Shown: piece after piece, positions 13,071 through 24,503 of the stretch
Layout: each line of letters opens with the position of its first letter
Position numbering within the stretch: the first letter of the stretch is position 1
Assembly: GCF_006345805.1 (NCBI RefSeq)
Contig: NC_042999.1
Coordinates: forward strand, 63,426,001 to 63,490,000
Direction of reading: 5' to 3'
Length of the DNA stretch: 64,000 nt
Source: Octopus sinensis
Taxonomy: Eukaryota
Program-made: the position numbers and the translations under genes
The notes under the pieces: generated by a model
What the model saw: only the letters and a program-made list of their open reading frames with translations
What the model was told of the DNA's origin: nothing
Databases searched by the model: none

Positions 13071-13102
13071 CTGTGTGTGTGTGTGTGTGTGTGTATGTGT
13101 GT
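12917..13102. repeat. (TG)n microsatellite
   Basis: Directly visible; immediately upstream of the 13163 exon acceptor. Confidence 0.95.
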
Positions 13103-13162
13103 GAAGGTGGTTTATGTGCTTGTGTGCTTGTATGATATTATTTCTATGTCGTTCTTTTTCAG

Positions 13163-13274
13163 TGGGCTGAAAGGCCAATTTTGAAGACAAACGAACCTAT
13201 AATTACATCAAAGATGACCATTGAAGTTTATACTGCAGTCCGGTGTAGTATGCGTTTTGAAATATTTGGAACTG
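13163..13274 (+). CDS. Exon of discoidin(F5/8)-like / mucin-stalk membrane protein, C-terminal half of the discoidin-like domain
   Basis: ttctttttcag acceptor, G|GTAACA donor; WAERPILKTNEPIITSKMTIEVYTAVRCSMRFEIFGT ends with the F5/8 type C-like motif SMRFEIFG; phase 0-1. Confidence 0.75.
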
Positions 13275-13806
13275 GTAACACTGAATTTCTTACATATTTG
13301 TTTTTCTGATTTACTTCATAAAATCTAAGTTATCTGCTAGTTGCTTGTATAGAGTGATATTTAGCTTGGCTGTTGGCTCCATAGTTTTGAGTGGAGAAAA
13401 AGGAAAGCAGTATTACTCACTTGGAAAGAATGCCTGTCCATAGCAGATGGCATTCCACAAAGATTTGATGTAAGCTCCTTATGGTCTATCGAGCTGAACT
13501 TCATAGAATTAGATTTATTGATCAAATCCACTAAAACACACCTATTTACTTTTAGCTGTTAGTTACAGAAATTTTTTTTTTAATCTGCAAAACCAGTGAT
13601 GGGCTATGTTAGCAGATATTATACAATAGATGCTGGCATCACTGTGTAGTAAGAAGTTTTGTTTCCCGACCCCATGGTTCAAGGTTCACTGCCACTGAAT
13701 GGTACCTTGTGCAAGTCATCCACTATACCACATGCCAACCAAAGCCTTATGAGTGGATTTGGTAGATGAAAACTGAAAGGGGTCCATCAGCTATATATAT
13801 ATATAT

Positions 13807-13935
13807 GAAATGTTCCCAAGATAAGAGCCTTTCTAATCTAATGTTGTGGTTGAGCTGTTTTGTTTATTATATATTATTATTATTACTATTATTAGTATTA
13901 GTATTGTCCCTTTGATCCCCTGGTCGACAGTTTGC

Positions 13936-13966
<31 letters not shown>

Positions 13967-14868
13967 TTTCAGCTTCGCCTCGTATTGCATATTATTTCTC
14001 CATACAGGGGTTTTTTTTCAATGGCGGCCCATTTTCGCGGGGTTCCACTGTTCCCTTCTCTCTCTCTCTCTCCCTCTCTCACGTTGTCTGCCATTCCCCC
14101 CTTCCATTGCTAAGAGCATTTTAAGCCAGCCCGTCAGTTCAACCTTCGCATATTCCCGTGTCAGGCCGAAGAACGAAATGTTCCCAAGATAAGAGTCTTT
14201 CTAATCTAATGTTGTGGTTGAGCTGTTTTGTTTATTATTTATTATTATTATTACTATTATTAGTATTAGTATTGTCCCTTTGATCCCCTGGTCGACAGTT
14301 TGCTTATTATTATTATTACTATTTTCAGCTTCGCCTCGTATTGCATATTATTTCTCCATACAGGGGTTTTTTTCAATGGCGGCCCATTTTCGCGGGGTTC
14401 CACTGTTCCCTTCTCTCTCTCTCTCTCCTCTCTCACGTTGTCTGCCATTCCCCCCTTCCATTGCTAAGAGCATTTTAAGCCAGCCCGTCAGTTCAACCTT
14501 CGCATATTCCCGTGTCAGGCCGAAGAACGAAATGTTCCCAAGATAAGAGTCTTTCTAATCTAATGTTGTGGTTGAGCTGTTTTGTTTATTATTTATTATT
14601 ATTATTACTATTATTAGTATTAGTATTGTCCCTTTGATCCCCTGGTCGACAGTTTGCTTATTATTATTATTACTATTTTCAGCTTCGCCTCGTATTGCAT
14701 ATTATTTCTCCATACAGGGGTTTTTTTCAATGGCGGCCCATTTTTCGCGGGGTTCCACTGTTCCCTTCTCTCTCTCTCTCTCCTTCTCTCACGTTGTCTG
14801 CCATTCCCCCCTTCCATTGCTAAGAGCATTTTAAGCCAGCCCGTCAGTTCAACCTTCGCATATTCCCG
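13807..14868 (+). repeat. Tandem triplication of a ~360-bp unit
   Basis: Units start at 13807, 14175 and 14529; they differ mainly in (ATT)n and (CT)n lengths. Confidence 0.95.
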
Positions 14869-15129
14869 GTGCACCCACCCTTGCCCACCCCCACCACCAA
14901 TACCGGATATCTCTATATTTTTGCTCCATCTATACCGGATGTCGCTTCTCCCACCACCATTATAGGTGTCTACTCTTCGAACCCCCCTCTTCAATACGCT
15001 ATTTCACCATGCATTACCCCTCTCTTGATATCCTACGTTCTACTTGCCTAGAACCTGTCATCATTTCTCTGAACCACCCCTCCCCACTGGTGCTCCCCTA
15101 TATATTTCTGCCCCACCCCCCACATAAAA

Positions 15130-15365
15130 AAAGCACCATCCGAACGTGGCCGATGCCAGACCCCTCTGGCACCTGTGCAGGTGGCACGTAAAAAACACCC
15201 ACTACACTCGCGGAGTGGTTGGCGTTAGGAAGGGCATCCAGCTGTAGAAACACTGCCAGACTAGACTAGAGCCTGGGGCAGTCCCTAGCTCCCCAGACCC
15301 CGGTCGAAACCGTCCAACCCGTGCTAGCGCGGAAAACGGACGTTAAACGATGATGATGATGATGA
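15130..15365 (+). mobile_element. RTE-type LINE 3' tail with (GAT)n
   Basis: aggaagggcatccagctgtagaaac...gctagcgcggaaaacggacgttaaacgatgatgat; related copies near 12690-12910, 15680-15875, 19800-19990(-) and 27750-28050(-). Confidence 0.75.
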
Positions 15366-15458
15366 TATATATCTTATGATAAAAGGCAGATTTTCTCTGC
15401 CTGTTACCATGTTTCTTTTTAATACAATTGTACAATATACAATTTCTTCAATTGGAAT

Positions 15459-15618
15459 TTATTCAGTAGCCATGATAAAACTCTGAGTTTTGGATGTCGG
15501 GGCGGAAACCCACGCCACCATCTCTTCAGTTATCAGGCCTGATGATAACTGAAGTGATGAGGGCGTGGGTTTCCACCCTGACATCCGAAACTTGGAATTT
15601 TTCATGGCTACTGAATAA
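15459..15618. ncRNA. Inverted pair of hammerhead-like motifs (PLE pLTR-type), each with one core mutation
   Basis: ~75-bp arms around ggcctga; the minus arm has CTGAAGA and stem II GATG/CATC but AAAA for GAAA; the plus arm has CTGAAGT and GAAAC. Confidence 0.55.
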
Positions 15619-15872
15619 TTGTCACACATTATATTTACAGATGAATTCCTCTATTTACATAATATTGAGGTCTCGCCTGGCATCTGTGCCGGTGGCATGT
15701 AAAAAGCACCCACTACACTCACGGAGTGGTTGGCGTTAGGAAGGGCATCCAGCTGTAGAAACACTGCCAGATCAGACTGGGCCTGGTGCAGCCTCCTGGC
15801 TTCTCAGACCCTAGTCAAACCGTCCAACCCATGCTAGCATGGAAAGCGGATGTTAAACGATGATGATGATGA

Positions 15873-15937
<65 letters not shown>

Positions 15938-15949
15938 TATATATATATA

Positions 15950-17233
15950 TCGTCAGTAAATCAAAAATCCTAAAGAGAAGCACACTCTAAGTTATATAGC
16001 AGTAGAGTAATTAGATAGAGATAGTTATGGCCAGTCTATAGGGTTACCCTGGATTTTATGTCCATAAAGCGCTCAGCTTTACAGTGTTTCTGCAGACTCT
16101 AATGGCCAATGGCCTGTAACCTCTCTTGAGTGTGAAGGGAGAAAAGATCTTGTAGCTACTTATTGAATGCAGGGACAAAGGATTAAGGGTTAAGTGTAAG
16201 GGATTGTCTCCCTCAGACTGCTGTCGATAGTCAACATGGTTGGCTTGTGGGTTCCAGGACTTCAGTAGGAATCTCCAGAAGTGTAAGCAGGGTGAGAAGA
16301 CCTCCATCCTGGAATTTCAGATGTTCCTTGGGTTGAGGGAGTTCTTTAATATTCTTGTCCATTCAGCTATGCACATCTTGCAACGCTTGCTCCCATTGAT
16401 GTAGGAGCCTGGTTCTTCTAGGATCTTCCATGAGATTATGTGTGGAGTCCCTTCGTCCTTCAGGTACCACACATGACTGGCCTAGGACGTGACGTATCGT
16501 CTCTCTGGGATTCTGTGCTTGAAGGTGTTTCCAGAACATCCAGTATATTTTTGTTGCTGCTGGTGATGCTGCTTCTGTTGATGCTGATGCTGCTATTTCT
16601 GCTGTTGCTGGTGTTATTGGTGTTGGTGTAAGTAATGGAGTCATTAATGCTGGCATAGGGGACATCATCGATGGCGGTGTTGGTGCTGGCATTGTTGGTG
16701 CTTCTATAGCAATCGTTGTTGCTGTTGGAACTGGTATCAGCACTATACTTGTGGTAGCTGCTGTCTTCTTCTTCCAATCAGGACTCACGCCATTAGCCAC
16801 AAAGAATTATCTCTAATTCGAGCCTACTCTAAGCTACTAAGAATGCATGTGGCAACTTGAAGATTCACCCATCACACACGATGCACAGGCACGAAAGCTA
16901 CATTGCTATCCTCATTCCGTAAATGGTGGCTTTTAACGGGTGGAGAGCTGAACCATCCTGGGGTACAGAAGATTTGCAATCTAGACTAGGGTCCGAAAGT
17001 TTACCACACCATAGTGGGTTACACCATGGTTCCTCTGCTTTGTGACAGAAGTAGGAAGAAAGAGTGAGAGAAAGTTGTGGTGAAAGAGTACAGCGGGGTT
17101 TACCCCCGCTGGAGCCTCATGGAGCTTAGGTGTTTTTTGCTCAATAAACACTCACAATGCCTGGTCTGGGAATTGAAACCGCATTCTTACGACTACGAGT
17201 CCGCTGCCCTAACCACTGGGCCATTGCGCCTCC
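15950..17233 (-). mobile_element. Chimeric element: family C SINE 5' head fused to PLE-derived body with GIY-YIG C-terminus
   Basis: SINE head 17233-17042; 16520-16250 translates ASHVWYLKDEGTPHIISWKILEEPGSYINGSKRCKMCIAE...SRMEVFSPCLHFWRFLL; same junction at 38340/38341. Confidence 0.7.
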
Positions 17234-17469
17234 ACAGCTGCTGTTGTTATTGTTATCATTATTAGCATTATTGTTAGCAATGATGCTGTTGCTATTACTG
17301 TTAGAGTTACTGCTGTTACCATCAATACTGCCATTTCTGCTACTGTAGTAGGGTGTCAATTATGAAGCTGAGATGGTATCTGAGGTGGTATTTATTTACG
17401 AAGCTGAGGTGGTAGCAGATGCTTTCCAAACTACTTATCAACATCACCACTCTCCTTTTCCGCTTCCTC

Positions 17470-17670
17470 TTTCTCTCCTCCTCCTCCTTCTTTTCTTCCT
17501 CTTCCTCCTTATCACCACCACCACCACCACCACCACCTCCACCTCCTCCTCCTCCTCCTCCTCCTCCTCCCCCTCCTCCTCCTCCTTCTTTTTCTTCTTC
17601 TTCTTCTTCTTCTTCTTCTTCTTCTTCTTCTTCTTCTTCTTCTTCTTCTTCTTCTTCTTCTTCTTCTTCT
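17470..17670. repeat. Compound (CCA)n(CCT)n(CTT)n microsatellite
   Basis: Directly visible. Confidence 0.95.
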
Positions 17671-19106
17671 CATTACCATCAGTGTCAGTTGCCATTGCAA
17701 GCAATGATGATATATAAGAGACGTTTTTGCTTATAGCTTATAATTTTTATTTCAGTTCCATTCAAATGTCACTTACACACTCCGAACCTCTTTACTGAAT
17801 TTACATTGTCATCATGTGAAGCAACAGACTCCTTATTATATTGTAAGAAAAATTAATTTTATCCTCTGATTTAAAATTACCTTATTCAACCTGCAAGAAA
17901 TAGCAAGAAAATCTCCTGCAAATCAAATCCTATCCATCTTTAAAAGAAGGAAGAACATTTTGAATATTGTAATCTAAGATACACTATTTCTAAAACAAAA
18001 TGGAACCATTCTGAATGGGACCATTTTGTATGTTTTGATCATTTTATGATGGAATTCTGAATATAAAACCTGTCTTCTCTCATCAGGAAAAAAGTTGACA
18101 TTTGAATCAGGAGTTACAGCCAATAGATATTATTAACAATTGAAAAGGTGGTGAGCTGGTAGAATCATTAATACACCAGGCAAAATGCTTAGCAGCATTT
18201 CATCTGTTTTTACATTCTGACTTTAAAGGCTGCCAGGTTGACTTTGCCTTTCATCCTTTCAGAGTTGTTAAACGAGTACCATTTGAGCAATGGGGCTGAT
18301 GTAATTGATCTGAACTTGCTGGTCATGTGTCAAAATTTGAGATCAATATTAACAATTTAAAAACTGTTTTTAAAACCATAATTGTCTTTCGTTATTTCAT
18401 CGACTCAGAAATTATTAGTAACTTCCTAAGCATTTGACAGATATTGCACTATAATTCTTGGTATATTTGAAGAAAATTCTTGCTCATTCAGCAGAAGTCT
18501 AATAGAAAGTTTTATTACCACTCTTTTTGGTGTAGCTGATCTTCCAGATGACCAGAAGAAATATGTTTCTAATGATTTTTAAATTGACAATACTATCTAT
18601 TGTTTGAAACTCCTGATAAAAGGACAAAAAAAAATATCCTTATTTTTTTCCCAGGGCTTTGAATCAAAATGCACTGATCTGAAATTCACTGCATGCATCC
18701 AATTCAATGTTACAATAATTCTTCCAGTCCAACATTCTTTATTTATTTATTGACTTTAGAATGATGAAAGCAAAGTTGAACTTAATAGGATTTGAACTCA
18801 GAGTGTAGAGAGTCAGAAAATTACTACAGAGCATTCAAAAACCCGGGAAAGGTTAACGTAACTTTGATTTGTAGTGGAGAACTGTAATGGATTGTATTAC
18901 AGGATTTTAATGCAGAACTGAGATCACTAAAAACTTGAGTAGTGATTTTTCAACTAGAGAAAAGTTTACCTCCTAATGGTAAACACTTACATGACATAGA
19001 GATAAATATATCATACCCAAAGATTAAGTATTAATTCTGTAATAATATAATTGTTCCATCTCCACTGTACCTTAGGAATGAGAATCCAGGTTCGAAATTT
19101 CCCCAA

Positions 19107-19152
19107 GACACCTGATGAAGGCTGGAGGGTATATCAGCCGAAATGTTGTGTT
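19107..19152 (+). ncRNA. Minimal type I hammerhead motif in a PLE tail, stem III decayed
   Basis: GACAC-CTGATGA-A-GGCTG-gagggtatat-CAGCC-GAAA-TGT-T-GTGTT; the expected ACGT palindrome reads ATGT. Confidence 0.6.
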
Positions 19153-19353
19153 AACAACAAACAAGATGTTGGCAAATATCCATCAAATGTAAATAATGTA
19201 AATAATGTACATAATTCCTCATCTCTTAAATATAGAATGGTAAAAGATGATGATGATGATATTAAAGGATGTTAAAGGATGATGATTATGATGATATTAA
19301 ACAAGGAAATCAGTATAAAACACTGGCAATCAATATTTTTCTTTTTAAAACAG

Positions 19354-19725
19354 GTTTTAAATATGGAAATACAACAGTATCACCAACAATCACAACACAA
19401 CCAATGAATACAACAAATACTACTACTGCTGTTGATACTACTACTGCTGTTGATACTAATACTGCTGTTAATACTACTACTGCTACTACTGATGGTGATA
19501 CTTCTACTACTACTATTATAACAAGCCCAATAACAACAACAACTATTGATACCAGTGTAACAAACGCAACACCAACAACAGAAGCAACAATTGAAACAAG
19601 TACCGTAGCAGAAGGAACAGAAGAAGAAGGAGGAGAAGCAGAAGCTACATCACCAACAATAACAACTTTTGAGGCAAACATGACATCAACAATGATGACC
19701 GGATCATCAAATCCAGCAGAAAAGA
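19354..19725 (+). CDS. Thr-rich mucin-like stalk exon of the discoidin/mucin membrane protein
   Basis: aaaacag acceptor, A|GTAAGT donor, GFKYGNTTVSPTITT...SSNPAEK; phase 1-1. Confidence 0.8.
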
Positions 19726-20179
19726 GTAAGTAATTTGACTGAATTTAAGATAATATTACAAAACTAGAAAAATAAAATAATATTAGACAATTCATTTAGT
19801 GTCTGTTTCCATGCTGGCATAGGTTAGACAGTTTGACTGGAACTGGTAAGATGGAGAGCTGTACCAGGCTCCAGTCTAACTTTGGCTTGGTTTTTACAGC
19901 TGGATGGCCTTCCTAGTGTCAACCACTCCAAGAGTGTAATGAGTGCCCAGGTGCCTTTTACATGTCACCATCATACATACCTTTTATGTGTTACCATCAT
20001 GGGTGCCTAATAGTTAATAGTTAACAGATTTTCTTAGATAAGATAAGTCGTGAATTTCTTTTTAAAAAAATATTGTTGAATTTTGTTTGATTGTAATTGT
20101 AAAAATATTGATTTCTATATTGATTGTTATTTGTTAATTATAAGTTACGATACGTATATTAATTTACTTATTATTATTA

Positions 20180-20222
<43 letters not shown>

Positions 20223-20228
20223 CATTAT

Positions 20229-20983
20229 TGTCTTTTTTTTTTTCTTCTTTCAAATTTGCTTCCATTTCTTGCCGAGTGTCTTCCCAACTCCTAGGGCAAA
20301 GAAACTCATAGTATACATTGGTAGGCCATTAAACTAAACTCACTAGTTCGTTCTTTTTTTTTTTTAAGTTAAATTAAAATACATGGGTAGTAATAGTTCT
20401 CACATCGACAATGCTCTTCTCAATACGTGTGATGTACCAGTTAAGACAATCTTTTGCACTTCTTGCAGGGATGGTAAGCCAGGGATCATTCTCATATAAT
20501 TTTCGGTTCCCTTCTTGATTATTCCTAGTGCTCCTATGATCACTGGTATTGTAACCACCTTGAGATGCCACATTTTCTCAATTTCAATGAGCAGGTCTTT
20601 ATATTTTATGAGCTTGTCAAACTCTTTCGCCGAGATATTATGATCACAGGGGATGCTCATGTCGATCAATAAGCAAACTTTATTGTTTTGGTCTTTCACA
20701 ACAATATCCGGTTTATTGGCTTTGATGGTTCGATCTGTATGTACTGGAAAGTCCCACAGAATCATTACATTTTCTCCTTCAGTTACAGCTTCAGGGTGGT
20801 GATTATACCACTTGTCGGCAGTTTTGATATTGTAATGCCGACTTATTAGCCAGTGTGGATATTGGCCAACTCTGTCATGTCTTAATTTATACTCCACTGG
20901 TGCTAAGACTTTACATCCAGAGATTAGGTGGCCCACTGTTTCAATCATGTCGTTGCATTTTGGGTCTGCTCCATTTTTCATCA

Positions 20984-20985
<2 letters not shown>
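20229..20985 (-). mobile_element. R4/Dong-clade non-LTR retrotransposon, 5'-truncated (CCHC + restriction-like endonuclease)
   Basis: C..ETVGHLISGC...RHD.V...ILWDF..HTDR...NKPDIVV...LIDMSIP..KYKDL..EIEKMW..PVIIGALG; flanked by (TAA)n on both sides. Confidence 0.9.
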
Positions 20986-21023
<38 letters not shown>

Positions 21024-21059
21024 GTTGTTGTTGTTGTTGTTGTTGTTGTTATTATTATC

Positions 21060-21900
21060 TTGTGAGCTATAATCTTAACATATTACATATAATTTACATT
21101 GTGAAATAGTTTTGTAAGACAAAATCTTATTGAATTGGTAGTAATTTTTTATTTGGTATGTAATATTGCATTTAAGTAAATATCTTTAATAATAATAGAA
21201 ACTTTGGTTTATTCTAAAATGAGTGAAATATTAAATCTATACATAAATTGAATTAATTATATAATAAGTTTAACTAATTTGTGTGTATATATTTGAACCA
21301 TCTTCTATTTTTAATTCTTGTAGTTATAGTTTGTTGTAGTACTATGTATATAACTTAGCATGAAGTTTTTTAGTATAAATTACATAATTAGAATAAGATT
21401 AAACTTAGATGCTTATTAAATAAATACATAAATTAATAATTTAATGGATATAGATTAAATTAAAGTATTTTAGCTTCACTTAATGTATATTATGTATTTT
21501 ATATATATATTTTGTTTTAAATATTTTGTTTTAATTACTTGTATTTTAATTTTCCAGTAATGGTATACTATAGTTTGTTATTTTTTTCTTCTATAAGCTA
21601 AAATATATTTTAATAGATAAAATAAATATTTCTATCTATTTATTCTAGTTTTATTTACACCATATTTTTAACGAGATAAATTTATTATAAACACTAAGTC
21701 TTATGTATTAAGTTTAATGGTTTAGTTAACAGAATACATTCAATAAGATAATTCATGTTTTTATTTTAAGATATATTGTTAAATTTTGTTTGTATTTTAT
21801 TGTAAAATTATTTATTTTTATATATATTTATTTATATATATATTTATATTTTCTTATAAGATAATATAGTACATTTATTTAATTATTTTATTGTTTTTAT
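21060..21900 (-). mobile_element. Extremely AT-rich decayed PLE (GIY-YIG region) remnant
   Basis: Minus strand reads ...YIF*LIEEKNNKL*YTITGKLKYK...YTLSEAKIL*FNLYPLN, resembling the PLE endonuclease tail; adjacent to a hammerhead. Confidence 0.4.
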
Positions 21901-21902
21901 CT

Positions 21903-21987
21903 TAGACCTGATGAGTGACTATACTTAAATTGAATTGATTTTATTGTTATCAATTTGAAAATATAGCCATGAAACACGTGTAGTCTA
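21903..21987 (+). ncRNA. Type I hammerhead ribozyme, intact core
   Basis: TAGAC-CTGATGA-GTGACTATA...TATAGCCAT-GAAA-CACGTG-TA-GTCTA: 5-bp stem I, extended stem II, palindromic stem III ACACGTGT, GUA cleavage triplet. Confidence 0.8.
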
Positions 21988-22350
21988 TTTACTAATTATA
22001 TACTATTTATTTATTATTTCATACTTTATTTAGTTCTAGGTAAATGTTTTATTGTATCTTTAATTTTTTTGTATATGGTATGATTTAAGTATATCATTGT
22101 TGAATTGCTACATGGTGGTTCTTCTCTAATTTATATACACGTATTATATATTGTGAAATTTGATTTAGTATTACTAAATTGAATTTTTCCCTGTAAGTTT
22201 GGAATCATATTCCCTAATATTAATATTATATATATATATATAATGTATATATATACATATATATATATATATAATGTGTATATATATATAATATGTATAT
22301 ATATATATAATGTGTGTATATATATATATATGTATATATATGTGTGTATG

Positions 22351-22409
<59 letters not shown>

Positions 22410-22486
22410 TATACATACACATACATACTACGCATATATTTATATGTACACATACGTACTTACATACACACACACATACACACACT

Positions 22487-22558
<72 letters not shown>

Positions 22559-23059
22559 GCGAGATAAATATCTAGTTATATGTGGATACATGCACATGCA
22601 CACATATATAGGAAGTGCTGATAAATTATTGCTTATATAGAAAAGGCTTTCATATAGTTCAACTTCAGAAGATGGTAGAAGAAATTTATTTGCTGAAGGA
22701 GTTACACACAAGAATTGCATATCAAACCATACAGTTGTACAGGCATACCTATACTTAGGGTTGTGGATTTGCATAAATCAGTAGAGCTGCTGATAAAATC
22801 ACTTGCCATAATTCATCTCATCTGTGTATGTTCTGAGTTCAAATGCAGCTGGTGTCAGCTTTACCATTGATCCTTACAAAGCTGCTAATATAAAGTAGAA
22901 ATGAAATACTGGATGTTGATGTAATGTTTTACACCAGAGCTTCTCAACATGGGTAGTTACTGTCTCCAAGGTAGCACTGGGCATATTGAAGAGGTGTTAG
23001 GCTTTAGGGAGCAGTGAGTGAAGCATAATTACAAGGCAAAATTTTACCTATAGTAGTAA

Positions 23060-23456
23060 TCTATATATATAAAAGTGAGGTTGTGTGGTGTCTGTCTCCT
23101 ACAATTTAGATTCCTAACTACTCCCACATTTTGCGGTGCAGTGTAACCAAAACCGGGTATCTTATAGTTGTGATTCATATCAGGCCCTTCTGGGTATTAA
23201 CGCATGTCTACAATGAGTCTACGATTTAAAAAAAATTTACCATAATTTTTTCCCATTTTTAATGCATTTTTTTGCTATTATATAAGGGAAGTAACTCTCT
23301 AAAAATGTATTATTAAAACTCAGAATTTAAAAAGCTACAGTAACACCCCACTTTGTGGTTAGCCATATTGAGATGGTTATTATACTTTACATCTCTAAAA
23401 ATGCTTATATAGTTATTTCCCTTACAAACCCGAGCAACGCTGGGCGATACTGCTAG
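23060..23456 (+). mobile_element. Non-autonomous Helitron
   Basis: Starts A|TCTATATATATAAAAG, ends cccgagcaacgctggg hairpin + CTAG|T, no TSD. Confidence 0.85.
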
Positions 23457-23745
23457 TTATATTATACGGGATAAAACAAGTAATGCTCATTAAAATGGTT
23501 ATCAAAATAAAATGAAATCTCATCAGGCACAGGGAAGTCATTAACTTGTAAGGCATAAAGTAAATTTACAACTTTCGTCTCTATTAATTTTTTTATCATT
23601 TCACTGTTAAAAGCTTATACAATCCATTTTTAGAGTAAAAGTTATAAATTATCATCCATGTTAAGTTAGTTTAGTCATGATACCTCACTCACGACTTAGA
23701 TGAACGCTAGACATAACTGCTCAAATATATGGAGGCTACAAAAAA

Positions 23746-24153
23746 AGGTTAGAAGTGGCTGCGTGATAAGTAGCTTGCTTACCAACCACATGGTTCCAGG
23801 TTCAGTCTCACTGCATGATGCCTTGTGCAAGTGTCTTCTACTATAGCCTCAGGCCGACCAAAGCCTTGTGCATGGATTTGGTAGATGGAAACTGAAAGAA
23901 GCCCGTCGTATATATGTATATACATATATGTATGTGTGTGTGTATATGTTTGTGTTTGTCCCCCCCAACATCGCTTGACAACTGATGCTGGTGTGCTTAC
24001 GTCCCTGTAGCTTAGTGGTTCGGCAAAAGAAACTGATAGAATAAGTACTAAGCTTACAAAGAATAAGTCCTGGGGTCGATTTCCTCGACTAAAGGCGGTG
24101 TTCCAGCATGGCCACAGTCAAATGACTGAAACAAGTAAAAGAGTAAAAGAGTA
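23746..24153 (+). mobile_element. tRNA-derived SINE, family A (CORE-like domain)
   Basis: tRNA-like head, ccttg(g/t)gcaagtgtctt core, ggcggtg.tccagcatggccacag...ctgaaacaagtaaaagagta tail. Confidence 0.85.
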
Positions 24154-24231
24154 ACCACTGATCTACACCACACCACACCCTCAAAATTTGTAACTGTGTT
24201 CCAGTTTCAGAAATCTATATTCTATTTACAG

Positions 24232-24503
24232 ATTCCACTGAAAATGAAACTTTATGTCTATGTGCCTGCTATGTGGAAACAGCCGAACATTTTGAAAAAC
24301 GAATGCAGGAGACCCGTAAGGAACTATCTGTGAAACGAAATGAAACATCAAGGTATATTTCCAAGAAAATAAGTGCTAACGATGACAGACCTTCATCTCA
24401 AGCTATTGGTGCATTGGCTGTTGCCTTGTTTACAGTTCTGGCTTCAGTAATTATTATTCCAGATATTTTGTCATTGGCCAGGTATCTGTTTTTACATATG
24501 TAA
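24232..24503 (+). CDS. Terminal exon of discoidin/mucin membrane protein (CxCxC, conserved basic segment, TM helix)
   Basis: tttacag acceptor, phase 1; NSTENETLCLCACYVETAEHFEKRMQETRKELSVKRNETSRYISKKISANDDRPSSQAIGALAVALFTVLASVIIIPDILS...HM*. Confidence 0.85.

Noticed and set aside
16363-16800. Thr/Pro/Ala-rich ORF as a mucin gene
   Set aside because: Lies inside the SINE/PLE chimeric repeat and shifts frame into GIY-YIG sequence.
17373-17736. Poly-Pro/Ser/Lys/Arg/Phe ORFs
   Set aside because: Trinucleotide microsatellite open in all frames.
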